Shown here piece by piece: positions 52,757-62,591 of a stretch of DNA of 64,000 nucleotides (its first letter is position 1; each line of letters starts with the position of its first letter). The notes below the pieces were generated by a model. That model saw only the letters and a list, made by a program, of their open reading frames with translations. It made no database searches and was not told the origin of the DNA. This stretch comes from Betaproteobacteria bacterium CG2_30_68_42 (GTDB taxonomy: Bacteria; Pseudomonadota; Gammaproteobacteria; Burkholderiales; Rhodocyclaceae). The position numbers and the translations under genes were made by a program. The stretch is taken from positions 107-64,106 of the forward strand of contig MNXU01000051.1 in NCBI GenBank assembly GCA_001872285.1, written 5' to 3'.

Positions 52757-53758
52757 TTGAGCCTGATCGAAAAAGCCGTCCAGCGTCTGGAGGAACTGAA
52801 ACGCGTCGGGGCCGACCTGACCGACGAGAGCGGCCCGGCGCCCGCCGAACTCGAAGCGCTCCGGCGTGGCATCGGCATACGGGACGATGCCGTGGCGGCC
52901 GAACCCGACCACGAACCCGAGCATCGCGAACCTTCGCTTCGTCCCCCCGTGCTCCAGCGCTCCGCGACCCCTCCGGCGCACGACGGGGGCGACGGCGTGG
53001 AGGTATCGCGCCGTGTCGTCGTCGACCTGGCGCGCATGGCCTCGGGCGGGATGGTCACGCCCGACGCGCCGCGCTCGTTGATCGCGGACGAATACCGGGT
53101 GATCAAGCGCCCGCTGCTCATGAACGCGCAGGGCAAGGGCGCGGCCCCCGTGCACAACGGGAACCTGATCATGGTGACCAGCGCGATGCCGGGCGAGGGC
53201 AAGAGCTTCACCGCGATCAACCTGGCGATGAGCATGGCGATGGAGCTGGACAGCACGGTGTTGCTGGTCGATGCCGACCTCGCGCGCCAGTCGGTGCTCA
53301 ACGTGCTCGGGCTGCCGCCGGCCAAAGGCTTGATGGACGTGGTTGCGGGAGAGAACGTCGCGCTCAGCGACGTGCTGCTCAAGACCAATGTGGACCGGCT
53401 CTCGCTGCTGCCGGCCGGCACCGCGCATCCGCGCGCCACCGAGCTGCTGGCGAGCGACGGCATGCTCCGCCTGTTCGAGGAGATGGCCGCCCGCTATTCC
53501 GATCGCATCATCGTGTTCGATTCTCCGCCGCTGCTGGTGACCACCGAGGCGCGCACCCTGGCGGCGCACATGGGCCAGATCGTGATGGTGGTCGAGGCCG
53601 AGAAAACCACACATGCGACTGTCAAGCAGGCGCTCGCGACGATCGAGGCTTGTCCGGTCAAGCTGCTTATGCTAAACAAGAGCACGCGGAGCAAGGCCGG
53701 AAGCTACTACGGTTATTACGGTTACGGCTACGGTTACGGCTACGGCGACGGTGTCTGA
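52757..53758 (+). CDS. exopolysaccharide tyrosine autokinase (BY-kinase), PEP-CTERM-locus type
   Basis: TTG start with GGGAG 7 nt upstream. Walker A SAMPGEGKSFTAINLA and Walker A'/B VLLVDADL...IVFDSPP. C-terminal Tyr cluster SYYGYYGYGYGYGYGDGV. Confidence 0.85.
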   Translation: MSLIEKAVQRLEELKRVGADLTDESGPAPAELEALRRGIGIRDDAVAAEPDHEPEHREPSLRPPVLQRSATPPAHDGGDGVEVSRRVVVDLARMASGGMVTPDAPRSLIADEYRVIKRPLLMNAQGKGAAPVHNGNLIMVTSAMPGEGKSFTAINLAMSMAMELDSTVLLVDADLARQSVLNVLGLPPAKGLMDVVAGENVALSDVLLKTNVDRLSLLPAGTAHPRATELLASDGMLRLFEEMAARYSDRIIVFDSPPLLVTTEARTLAAHMGQIVMVVEAEKTTHATVKQALATIEACPVKLLMLNKSTRSKAGSYYGYYGYGYGYGYGDGV

Positions 53759-53798
53759 GCCGGCACTCCGCGCGAGACCGGATTTCGGGCGAGTGCCG

Positions 53799-55325
53799 AT
53801 GGCGAAGGCGAAGGCAGGAGCGGCAGGAAGGAACGTCATGGCGGGCGCGCTTGCGCTCGCGCTTGGCTGCGGCGCCGCCATGGCCGAGAGCTGGAAGACC
53901 GGTGCCTCGGTGTCGGTGCGCGAGACCTATACCGACAACGTCGCGCTTTCCTCCACCGGCTCCCGCCAGAGCGACTGGATCACCGAAATCGGCCCGCGCT
54001 TCACGCTGCGCGGCGCGGGTGCCAGGCTGAAGGCCGCGTTCAATTATTCGATCAGCGAAGTCATCCACGCGAACGATTCGAGCCGCAACTTCACCAACAA
54101 CACCCTCGGCGCGAACGCCAACGCCGAGCTGGTCGAGAAATTCCTGTTCCTGGATGCGCGCGCGAGTATCGCGCAGTCTTCGCTCTCGGCCTTCGGGCCG
54201 GTTTCGACGGATGTCGCGAACTCGACCTCGAACCGCAGCGAGGTCCGGAGCATTTCGCTCAGCCCGTATGTGAAGGGCGTGCTGCCCGCGGGCCTGTCCT
54301 ATGAGCTGCGCAACACCTTCACCACGACCAGCTCCGATTCGGCACAGCTCCAGACCACCCGCAGCAACCAGTGGAGCGGGAACCTCGCGCGCAGCAACGC
54401 CTTTGGACCCTTCGGCTGGGGCCTCGGTTACTCTTCCTCGAAACAGTCCTATACCGGGCGAGCGTCGAACGACTCGCAGCGCTACAACGCATCGCTCTTC
54501 TACAGCGTCGATCGCCAGATCAAGCTCTCGGCCTCCGTGGGGCGCGAGACCAACGATTTCTCCGGCACCGACCGGTCGACCTCGAACCACGGCTTCGGCA
54601 TCGACTGGCTGCCGAGCGACCGCACCTCGGTTTCCGCGAGCCGCGACCAGCGCTTCTTCGGCAACGGCTTCCGGGTCCAGGTGAGCCACCGCATGCCGCT
54701 CTCGCTGTTCAACGTGAACTATTCGCGCGACGTCACGACCACCAGCGAGGCGCTGCTCGCCGGGGTGCCCGTTCTGGTGATTCCTGCGGATGTCGCGGCG
54801 TTCCTGGCCGGGGTCACGGATCCGGCGGAGCGTGCGGCGTTGATCGACGCGCTTACCAGGGCGGGCATCATCGTGCCCGGCATCGACCAGCGCCTGTTCT
54901 CCACCGAGCGCGTCCTGGTGGTCCGGCGGCTCGCGGGGTCGTTCAGTCTGCGCGGGGCGAGGAACACGCTCACCGCCACCGCATCGCGTTCCGAGACCCA
55001 GTCCGCGACGAGCGGCATCGCTTTCGCCGACAGCCTCGCCGGTGCCAGCGTGCTGAATTCGAACACCCTGGGCCTGAACTGGTCCCATACGCTCTCGCCG
55101 CTGACTTCGTTGTCCGCCGGGCTCATCCGGACCCACACCAGCAGCGACGCCGCCGGTTCGCCGACCAGCAACCAGGCGAGTCTCAATCTCACCCTCTCGT
55201 CGAAGCTCGGCGTCAAGACCACCGGCACGCTCGGACTGCGCCACACGACCGCGAACGGCAGCGGCGGCGTGACCGGGTATCAGGAGAACGCCCTGGTCGG
55301 CACGCTCGCCTATACTTTCTTCTGA
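53799..55325 (+). CDS. PEP-CTERM-system-associated outer-membrane beta-barrel protein
   Basis: ATG at 53799. Signal peptide ...ALALGCGAAMAE. An alternating-hydrophobic, Ser/Thr/Asn-rich sequence ends in ...GTLAYTFF, the aromatic terminus typical of outer-membrane proteins. Confidence 0.75.
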   Translation: MAKAKAGAAGRNVMAGALALALGCGAAMAESWKTGASVSVRETYTDNVALSSTGSRQSDWITEIGPRFTLRGAGARLKAAFNYSISEVIHANDSSRNFTNNTLGANANAELVEKFLFLDARASIAQSSLSAFGPVSTDVANSTSNRSEVRSISLSPYVKGVLPAGLSYELRNTFTTTSSDSAQLQTTRSNQWSGNLARSNAFGPFGWGLGYSSSKQSYTGRASNDSQRYNASLFYSVDRQIKLSASVGRETNDFSGTDRSTSNHGFGIDWLPSDRTSVSASRDQRFFGNGFRVQVSHRMPLSLFNVNYSRDVTTTSEALLAGVPVLVIPADVAAFLAGVTDPAERAALIDALTRAGIIVPGIDQRLFSTERVLVVRRLAGSFSLRGARNTLTATASRSETQSATSGIAFADSLAGASVLNSNTLGLNWSHTLSPLTSLSAGLIRTHTSSDAAGSPTSNQASLNLTLSSKLGVKTTGTLGLRHTTANGSGGVTGYQENALVGTLAYTFF

Positions 55326-55439
55326 CCGGCACGGGTTGCGTGCGGCCGGAAATCCGGTCGCAAACGTTGCGAAGCGCACAGGTGCCGGCGCGCACAATCG
55401 CTTAAGATGGCCGGACGCACGCCGTAACCGGGCACAGCC

Positions 55440-56534
55440 ATGTACGAGACGTTCTACGGGCTCACGGCCAAGCCGTTCCAGCTCAATCCCGATCCGACGT
55501 TCTATTTCGACAGCCGCGGGCACCACCGCGCGCTGTCCTACCTGGAATACGGGCTGCACCAGAGCGAGGGCTTCATCGTCATCAGCGGCGAGGTCGGTGC
55601 GGGCAAGACCACGCTGGTGCGCCACCTGGTGCAGAAGCTCGATCCCCAGAAGGTCGTCGCGGCTCAGCTCGTCAGCACCCAGCTCGATGCCGAGGACATC
55701 CTGCGGCTGGTCTCCGCGGCCTTCGGCCTGCGCAGCAAGCGGCTGGAGAAGGCCGACATCCTGCTCGGCCTGGAGATGTTCCTGGTCTCGCTCACGGCGG
55801 TGGGCAAGCGGGCGCTGCTCATCGTCGACGAGGCCCAGAACCTCACCCACCGCGCCGTCGAGGAACTGCGGATGCTCTCGAACTTCCAGCTCGGCGAGCA
55901 TGCCCTGCTGCAGAGCTTCCTGGTCGGACAGCCCGAGTTCCGCGACATGATGCAGGGCGACGACATGCAGCAACTCCGGCAGCGCGTGATCGCCTCCTAT
56001 CACCTGGGTCCGATGGATGCCGAGGAGACCCGCGCCTACATCGAGCACCGTCTGTCCCTGGTCGGCTGGAAAGGCAACCCGCGCTTCGAGGGACCGGCGT
56101 TCGATGCGGTGTTCGGCTTCACGACCGGGGTTCCGCGACGCATCAACACGCTGTGCGACCGCCTGCTGCTGGCCGGATTCCTCGAAGGCAGGAAGGTGCT
56201 CTCGGCGGCCGATGTCGAGGCCGTGGTGGACGAGATGAAAGCCGAAGCCGGTCCGGAGGAAGTCCGCCCCGGCCAGGCACTGCCGGCGGGACCGCTCGGA
56301 GCGAATGTCATTCCGCTCAAGACCGGCTCCGCCGCTGAGGCGATCGACGCCGGCGCACTCGAGATGGAAGGCGGCGAGGAAGCCGCGCAGGCGCGCGAGC
56401 TGGCGGTGCGCTTCCAGGCCGCGCGCATGGAGGAACGCCTCGTGCGCCTGGAGAAGACCATGGGCGAGACCCTGGCACTGCTCCAGCGTGCGCTCGCGCG
56501 GCCGAAGAAGGCTGGCGCCAAGGAAGAGTCGTAG
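55440..56534 (+). CDS. XrtA/PEP-CTERM-system-associated AAA ATPase (ExeA/GspA-like)
   Basis: 364 aa. MYETFYGLTAKPFQLNPDPTFYF...ISGEVGAGKTTL...LLIVDEAQNL. Confidence 0.85.
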   Translation: MYETFYGLTAKPFQLNPDPTFYFDSRGHHRALSYLEYGLHQSEGFIVISGEVGAGKTTLVRHLVQKLDPQKVVAAQLVSTQLDAEDILRLVSAAFGLRSKRLEKADILLGLEMFLVSLTAVGKRALLIVDEAQNLTHRAVEELRMLSNFQLGEHALLQSFLVGQPEFRDMMQGDDMQQLRQRVIASYHLGPMDAEETRAYIEHRLSLVGWKGNPRFEGPAFDAVFGFTTGVPRRINTLCDRLLLAGFLEGRKVLSAADVEAVVDEMKAEAGPEEVRPGQALPAGPLGANVIPLKTGSAAEAIDAGALEMEGGEEAAQARELAVRFQAARMEERLVRLEKTMGETLALLQRALARPKKAGAKEES

Positions 56535-56570
56535 GCCACCGCATGCCGGAAGCATGATCGGGGCAAGCTC

Positions 56571-57749
56571 ATGATCGATCCGCGTCCGGTCGGACCCGTG
56601 GGGCCGGTCCTGTGCGTGGTCGGTGCGCGTCCCAACTACATGAAGATGGCGCCGATCGTGCGCGCCCTCGATCGCCATGTGCCGCCGCTCGCGCACCTGC
56701 TCGTGCACACCGGCCAGCACTACGACAAGGACATGAACGACCGGCTGTTCGAGGATCTCGATCTGCCGCGCCCGGACATCAACCTCGAGGTCGGCTCGGC
56801 CTCGCACGCGGTGCAGACCGCCGAGGTGATGCGCCGCTTCGAGCCGGTGATCGACGCGCACCGGCCCGCCTGCGTGCTGGTGGTGGGGGACGTGAATTCG
56901 ACTCTCGCCTGCGCACTCGTGGCGGCCAAGAAGGCGGTCCCGGTGGTGCATGTGGAAGCCGGGCTGCGCAGCTTCGACCGCACGATGCCCGAGGAGATCA
57001 ACCGGGTGCTCACCGATCAGATCTCGGACCTGCTATTTACGACCGAGCGCACGGCCCGCGACAATCTCGCCCGCGAGGGCGTCGATCCTGCGCGCGCGTG
57101 CTTCGTCGGCAACGTGATGATCGACTCGCTGCGCGCACATCTCGCGCATGCGGTTCCTGCCGCGCGCACGCTCGCGCGCTGCGGCGCGGACGCCGGGCTG
57201 ACGGAGGATGCGTTCGGCGTGGTCACCCTGCACCGGCCCTCCAACGTCGATTCCCCCGGCACGCTCGCTCCCCTGCTCGGCGTGCTGGCCGAAGCGAGCC
57301 GCCGCCTGCCGCTCGCGTTCGCGATGCATCCGCGCACGCGCCGCAACATCGAGGCCTTCGGCCTGCACGATGTGCTGGAGGATGCCCGGATTGCCGTCCT
57401 GCCGCCGCAGGGCTATCTCGAGATGCTCGGGCTGATGTCCTCGGCGCGGCTGGTGCTCACCGACTCCGGCGGGATCCAGGAGGAGACCACCGCGCTCGGC
57501 GTGCCCTGTCTCACCCTGCGCGAGAACACCGAGCGCCCGCTCACCGTCGAGCAGGGCACCAACACCATCGTCGGCTCGGACCGCGCGCTCATCCTGCGTA
57601 CCGTCGAGGAGATCCTCGGCGGCGGCGGAAAGCGCGGGCGGGTGCCCGAGCTCTGGGACGGCCACGCGGCCAGCCGCATCGCGGAGCGCCTGCACGACTG
57701 GCTCGCGGAGCGCGCCGGCGCGCGCGAGCTCGCCTGCGAAGTTGCCTGA
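56571..57749 (+). CDS. wecB: UDP-N-acetylglucosamine 2-epimerase (non-hydrolysing)
   Basis: 392 aa. GARPNYMKMAPI...HTGQHYD...VVGDVNSTLA...HVEAGLRSFDRTMPEEINR...TDSGGIQEE. Confidence 0.9.
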   Translation: MIDPRPVGPVGPVLCVVGARPNYMKMAPIVRALDRHVPPLAHLLVHTGQHYDKDMNDRLFEDLDLPRPDINLEVGSASHAVQTAEVMRRFEPVIDAHRPACVLVVGDVNSTLACALVAAKKAVPVVHVEAGLRSFDRTMPEEINRVLTDQISDLLFTTERTARDNLAREGVDPARACFVGNVMIDSLRAHLAHAVPAARTLARCGADAGLTEDAFGVVTLHRPSNVDSPGTLAPLLGVLAEASRRLPLAFAMHPRTRRNIEAFGLHDVLEDARIAVLPPQGYLEMLGLMSSARLVLTDSGGIQEETTALGVPCLTLRENTERPLTVEQGTNTIVGSDRALILRTVEEILGGGGKRGRVPELWDGHAASRIAERLHDWLAERAGARELACEVA

Positions 57750-57756
57750 AGCCGCG

Positions 57757-58617
57757 ATGGCTCGAAGCGCGCAAGCCGACCGGCCGATCGTCAATGCGCT
57801 GACGGTCGATGTCGAGGACTATTTCCAGGTCTCCGCGCTCGCACCCTACATCCGCCGCAGCGAATGGGACGGCATCGCCTGCCGGGTCGAGCGCAATGTC
57901 GAGCGCATCCTCGGAATGCTCGACGCCGCGGGAGCCAGGGCGACCTTCTTCACCCTGGGCTGGATCGCCGAGCGCCATCCGGCGGTGGTGCGCGCGATCG
58001 TCGCCGGCGGACACGAGCTGGCGAGCCACGGCTACGCCCACCAGCGCGCGAGCGAGCAGAGCCCGGCCGACTTTCTCTATGATATCCGCAAGGCCAAGAC
58101 CATCCTCGAAGACCTCGCGGGCGTCGAGGTGCGCGGCTACCGCGCGCCGAGCTTCTCGGTGGGCGCGGGCAACCTCTGGGCGATGGACTGCATGGGCGAG
58201 GCCGGCTACCGCTACAGCTCGAGCATCTATCCCATTCGTCATGACCACTACGGCATGCCCGCGGCGCCGCGGTTCGCCTTCCGCGCCGGCCGCGGCATGC
58301 TGGAGCTGCCGGTGACCACGGTGCGCCTGTTCGACAACAACTGGCCTGCGGGCGGCGGCGGCTATTTCCGGCTGCTGCCCTATCGGCTCTCGCGCTGGTC
58401 CATCCGCCGCGTCAATGAGGTCGACCGCCAGCCCGCCGTCTTCTATTTCCATCCGTGGGAACTCGACCCGGAGCAGCCGCGCGTGCGCGGGCTCGATGCG
58501 CGCACGCGCGTGCGTCACTACCTCAACCTCGAGCGCATGCAGGCGCGCATCGGGCGCCTGCTCCGCGATTTCCGCTGGGGCCGGGTAGACGCCGTGTTCC
58601 CGGACACGCGGCCATGA
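57757..58617 (+). CDS. XrtA-system polysaccharide deacetylase (CE4/NodB family)
   Basis: ATG at 57757. LTVDVEDYFQ...FFTLGWIAERHP...GHELASHGYAH. Confidence 0.85.
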   Translation: MARSAQADRPIVNALTVDVEDYFQVSALAPYIRRSEWDGIACRVERNVERILGMLDAAGARATFFTLGWIAERHPAVVRAIVAGGHELASHGYAHQRASEQSPADFLYDIRKAKTILEDLAGVEVRGYRAPSFSVGAGNLWAMDCMGEAGYRYSSSIYPIRHDHYGMPAAPRFAFRAGRGMLELPVTTVRLFDNNWPAGGGGYFRLLPYRLSRWSIRRVNEVDRQPAVFYFHPWELDPEQPRVRGLDARTRVRHYLNLERMQARIGRLLRDFRWGRVDAVFPDTRP

Positions 58618-59684
58618 ACGCCGCCGGGGCACGCTTCGCCATGGACGGAGCGGGCGCGATCGCGGTGCGCGAGCTCGCCGCGCGGGATGCGGCGCGCTGG
58701 GATGCCTTCGTCATGGACTGCGCGCAGGCGAGCTTCTTCCACCGCGCCGGCTGGAAGACGCTCCTCGAGGAGGTCTTCGGGCATCGCACCTTCTTCCTCT
58801 ACGCCGAACGTGCGGGAGAAATCGAGGGCGTGTTGCCGCTCGCGCGGGTCAAGAGCCGGCTGTTCGGCGATGCCCTGGTGTCGCTCCCGTTCTGCGTGTA
58901 TGGGGGAGTGGCCGCGGACAACGAGGAGGCCGCGGCCGCTCTGGAGCAGGCGGCCGATGCGACCGCGCGCCGGCTGGGCGTGGAGCATCTCGAGCTGCGC
59001 CATCGCGAGATGCGCCATCCCGACTGGCCGAGCCAGGATCTGTACGTCACCTTCCGCAAGTCGATCCTGCCGAAGGTCGAGGACAACCTCGCGGCCATCC
59101 CGCGCAAGCAGCGGGCGATGGTGCGCAAGGGCATCCGCAACGGCCTGCGCAGCGAGATCGACGCCGATTTCGGCCGCTTCTTCGATCTGTTCGCGGACAA
59201 CGTCCATCGCCACGGCACGCCGGCGCTGCCGCGCCGCTATTTCGAGCGCCTGCTCGAAGTGTTCGGCGAGGCGTGCGAAGTGCTCACCGTGACCGACAAG
59301 GACGGCCATCCGGTGAGCGCGGTGCTCAGCTTCCGCTTCCGCGACGAGATCCTTCCCTACTACGCCGGCGATGCGCCGGCGGCGCGCGAGCTGGCGGCGA
59401 ACGACTTCAAGTACTGGGAGCTGATGCGCCGTGCCTGCGAGCAGGGCTGCAAGGTGTTCGACTACGGGCGCAGCAAGCGCGGCACCGGCTCGTTCGACTT
59501 CAAGAAGAACTGGGGCTTCGAGCCGCAGCCGCTGCACTACGAGTTCCGGCTCTACCGGCGCGAGGCGATCCCGCAGAACAACCCGTCCAACCCGAAGTAC
59601 AAGGCCTTCATCGCGCTGTGGCGAAGGCTGCCGCGGGGGCTCGCCAACCGGCTCGGTCCCTACATCGTCCGCAACCTGGGGTGA
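58614..59684 (+). CDS. FemAB-family PEP-CTERM-system-associated protein
   Basis: ATG at 58614 with an ATGA overlap. 356 aa. ASFFHRAGWKTLLEEVFGH...YYAGDAPAARELAANDFKYWELM...FDYGRSKRGTGSFDFKKNWGF. Confidence 0.8.
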   Translation: MNAAGARFAMDGAGAIAVRELAARDAARWDAFVMDCAQASFFHRAGWKTLLEEVFGHRTFFLYAERAGEIEGVLPLARVKSRLFGDALVSLPFCVYGGVAADNEEAAAALEQAADATARRLGVEHLELRHREMRHPDWPSQDLYVTFRKSILPKVEDNLAAIPRKQRAMVRKGIRNGLRSEIDADFGRFFDLFADNVHRHGTPALPRRYFERLLEVFGEACEVLTVTDKDGHPVSAVLSFRFRDEILPYYAGDAPAARELAANDFKYWELMRRACEQGCKVFDYGRSKRGTGSFDFKKNWGFEPQPLHYEFRLYRREAIPQNNPSNPKYKAFIALWRRLPRGLANRLGPYIVRNLG

Positions 59685-59768
59685 GCACGCGCCGGCGCGC
59701 GAGCGTGACGGTTTCGAGCCTAGCGCGGCCGGGCCGCGGTTAAGATGCGGAGCTGGCGCCGACCCGAC

Positions 59769-61028
59769 ATGTCCGACCCCGTCCTCTTCCTCGCGCACCG
59801 CCTGCCTTTCCCTCCCAACAAGGGGGACAAGCTGCGCTCGTACCGGCTGCTGCGCCATCTCGCAGCGGGGCACGACGTGTTTCTCGGCACCTTCGTCGAC
59901 GACCCGGCCGACCGCATCCACCTCGACACGGTGCGCACCTGGTGTGCGGAAGCCTTCATCGCCGACCTGGTCCCCTGGCGCGCGAGGCTGCGCAGCCTGC
60001 GCGCGCTCGCCTCGGGCGATCCGCTGAGCCTGCCCTATTACCTCGATTCGGGCCTGCGCGCCTGGGTGCGGCGCGTGGTGGGCGGCCACGGCATCCGCCG
60101 CGCGTTCGTCTTCTCCTCGCCGATGGCGCAGTACGTGAGCGATCTGCCCGGGCTCGACTGCGTGGTGGATTTCGTCGACATCGACTCCGACAAGTGGCGC
60201 CAGTACGCGCAGGCGCGCCGCTGGCCGATGTCGTCGGTCTTCCGGCGCGAGGCTGCACGCCTGCTCGCCGCCGAGCGCGATGTGGCGGCCGCCTCGCGTG
60301 TGAGCCTGTTCGTGACCGAGGCCGAGGCCGAGCTGTTCCGCCGCCTCGCCCCGGAATCCGCGGCGCGGGTGTTCGCACTGAACAACGGGGTGGATGGGCG
60401 CTTCTTCCGGCCGGACGCCGGCATGCCTTCACCCTATGCGGCAGACGAAATCCCGATCGCCTTCACCGGCGCGATGGACTACTGGCCGAACGTGGACGCC
60501 GTGTGCTGGTTCGCGGACGAGGTCCTGCCCGCGATCCGCGCGCGCGAGCCGCACGCCCGTTTCCATGTCGTCGGGATGAATCCGGCGCCGCAGGTACAGG
60601 CGCTCGCGCAGCGTCCGGGCGTCGCGGTGAGCGGGCGGGTGCCCGACGTGCGCCCCTACCTCCAGCATGCGCGCGCGGTGGTCGCCCCGCTGCGCATCGC
60701 GCGGGGAATCCAGAACAAGGTGCTGGAGGCGATGGCGATGGCCCGCCCGGTGGTCGCCTCGCCGGGTTGCGCCGGGCCGCTGGGCGCGGCTCCGGGCCGG
60801 GAGATCGAGGTCGCGCGCAGTGCCGGCGAGTTCGCCGCCAGGACGCTCGCGGTGCTCGAACCGGCGCGCGCCGCCTCGCTCGGCGCGGCCGCACGCGCCC
60901 GGGTGCTGGCCGACTACGACTGGGAGGCACACCTGCGCCGTTTCGACCGCCTGCTCGATGGCTGGGGCGAGGCCGCCCCGCAGCGCGGCGCGCGCGCAGC
61001 GCGCGGCACCGTGGAGGCTCTCGCGTGA
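59769..61028 (+). CDS. PEP-CTERM/XrtA-system glycosyltransferase (GT4-like)
   Basis: ATG at 59769. VLFLAHRLPFPPNKGDKLRSYRLL...VVAPLRIARGIQNKVLEAMAMARPVV. Confidence 0.8.
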   Translation: MSDPVLFLAHRLPFPPNKGDKLRSYRLLRHLAAGHDVFLGTFVDDPADRIHLDTVRTWCAEAFIADLVPWRARLRSLRALASGDPLSLPYYLDSGLRAWVRRVVGGHGIRRAFVFSSPMAQYVSDLPGLDCVVDFVDIDSDKWRQYAQARRWPMSSVFRREAARLLAAERDVAAASRVSLFVTEAEAELFRRLAPESAARVFALNNGVDGRFFRPDAGMPSPYAADEIPIAFTGAMDYWPNVDAVCWFADEVLPAIRAREPHARFHVVGMNPAPQVQALAQRPGVAVSGRVPDVRPYLQHARAVVAPLRIARGIQNKVLEAMAMARPVVASPGCAGPLGAAPGREIEVARSAGEFAARTLAVLEPARAASLGAAARARVLADYDWEAHLRRFDRLLDGWGEAAPQRGARAARGTVEALA

Positions 61029-62590
61029 AAGTGGAGAGCGATCTCGTGCTGGCGGCTGCCGCGCAGGCCCCGGCGCGAGGCGCGCGGCAGGTGTGGAGGC
61101 TCGCCGGCGCGCTGATGCTGGCGCTCGGCTTCTGGCTGATCGCGTGGTATGGCGAGACCGCATCCTCGATCGTCGCGATCTGGGAGCGCTCCGAGACCTT
61201 CGCCCACGGCTATCTGGTGGTGCCGGTGTTCGCGTGGCTCGTCTGGCGCCATCGACCCTTCCTCGTGCAGGTCGACCCGCGGCCGGCCTGGCCGGGCCTC
61301 GCGGCGCTCGCGCTGATCGGCTCCGGCTGGCTCATCGCGCATCTCGCCCAGGTGCAGGTCGTGCAGCAGTTCGCGCTCGCGGCGATGATTCCTGCGCTGG
61401 TGTTCACGGTGCTGGGCGCGCGCGCCGCCTGGACGATCGCCTTTCCGCTCGCCTTCCTGTTCCTCGGCGTGCCCTTCGGCGAGGCCTTCATCCCGCCGCT
61501 GATGGACTTCACCGCGGACTTCACCGTCTGGATGCTGCGCCTCACGGGCATCCCGGTGCTGCGCGAGGGAACCTTCTTCACCATCCCGTCCGGCCAGTGG
61601 TCGGTGGTCGAGGGTTGCAGCGGGCTGCGCTACCTGATCGCCTCGATCTTCGCCGGCACGCTGTACGCCTACCTCAACTACACCAGCACCCGCAAGCGCG
61701 CGCTGTTCATCGCGGCCTCGGTGGTGGTGCCGATCTTCGCCAACGGCATGCGCGCCTACCTGATCGTGATGATCGCCCACCTGAGCGACATGCGGCTCGC
61801 GCTGGGCATTGACCACATCATCTATGGCTGGGTCTGGTTCGGAATCGTCATCCTCGCGATGTTCTGGATCGGCGCGCGCTGGCGCGATCCGGAGCCGCAG
61901 CCGGTCCCTGCCGCCACGCTGCGCGCGCCCGCTACGGCGAGGCTCGGCCCGGTGGCGATGGCAGCGGTGGCGTCGGCGCTCGTGCTGGGTGTCTGGCCGC
62001 TGTGGGCCGCCCGCCTCGATGCCGTGCGGATACCGCAGCAGGCGAAGCTCGAACTGCCGGCCGGACAGAACGGCTGGACGCCGGATGCGGCGCCGGCGAG
62101 CGAATGGAAGCCCCACTACCGCGGCGCTGATGCTTCGGCGATCGCGACCTACCGCAACGGCGAGCGCGCGGTGGTGCTCTACGCGTACTACTACCGCAAC
62201 CAGCGCCAGGACGCCGAGCTGGTCAATTCGCGGAACATCATGGTCGTGCAGAAGCATCCGGTGTGGCAGAACGTCGGCGAGACGCGCAAGTTGCAGGCGC
62301 TCGGCCCGCACGAGGTGGAACTGCGCGAGACGCGGCTGCGCTCGGCGGGTCAGCGGCTGCTCGTCTGGGACTGGTTCTTTCTCGACGGGCGGCGCACGAC
62401 CAATCCCTACCTCGCCAAGCTGATGCTCGCGCGCGACCGGCTGCTCGAGGATCGTGACGACGGCAGCGCGATCATCCTCGCCGCGCCCTACCAGAACCGG
62501 CCGGAGGATGCGGAGCAGGTGCTGCGCGCCTTCGCTGCCGACATGCTGCCCGCGATCGAGGAGACGATCCGGCGGGCAGAACGCCACTGA
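61025..62590 (+). CDS. xrtA: exosortase A (XrtA) fused to an EpsI-family domain
   Basis: GTG at 61025 with a GTGA overlap. The polytopic N-terminal half carries the catalytic region VVEGCSGLRYL...ANGMRAY...HIIYGW. The C-terminal ~200 aa (one transmembrane segment + ...VLYAYYYRNQRQDAELVNSRN...) is EpsI-like. Confidence 0.85.
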   Translation: MKVESDLVLAAAAQAPARGARQVWRLAGALMLALGFWLIAWYGETASSIVAIWERSETFAHGYLVVPVFAWLVWRHRPFLVQVDPRPAWPGLAALALIGSGWLIAHLAQVQVVQQFALAAMIPALVFTVLGARAAWTIAFPLAFLFLGVPFGEAFIPPLMDFTADFTVWMLRLTGIPVLREGTFFTIPSGQWSVVEGCSGLRYLIASIFAGTLYAYLNYTSTRKRALFIAASVVVPIFANGMRAYLIVMIAHLSDMRLALGIDHIIYGWVWFGIVILAMFWIGARWRDPEPQPVPAATLRAPATARLGPVAMAAVASALVLGVWPLWAARLDAVRIPQQAKLELPAGQNGWTPDAAPASEWKPHYRGADASAIATYRNGERAVVLYAYYYRNQRQDAELVNSRNIMVVQKHPVWQNVGETRKLQALGPHEVELRETRLRSAGQRLLVWDWFFLDGRRTTNPYLAKLMLARDRLLEDRDDGSAIILAAPYQNRPEDAEQVLRAFAADMLPAIEETIRRAERH

Positions 62591-62591
62591 C

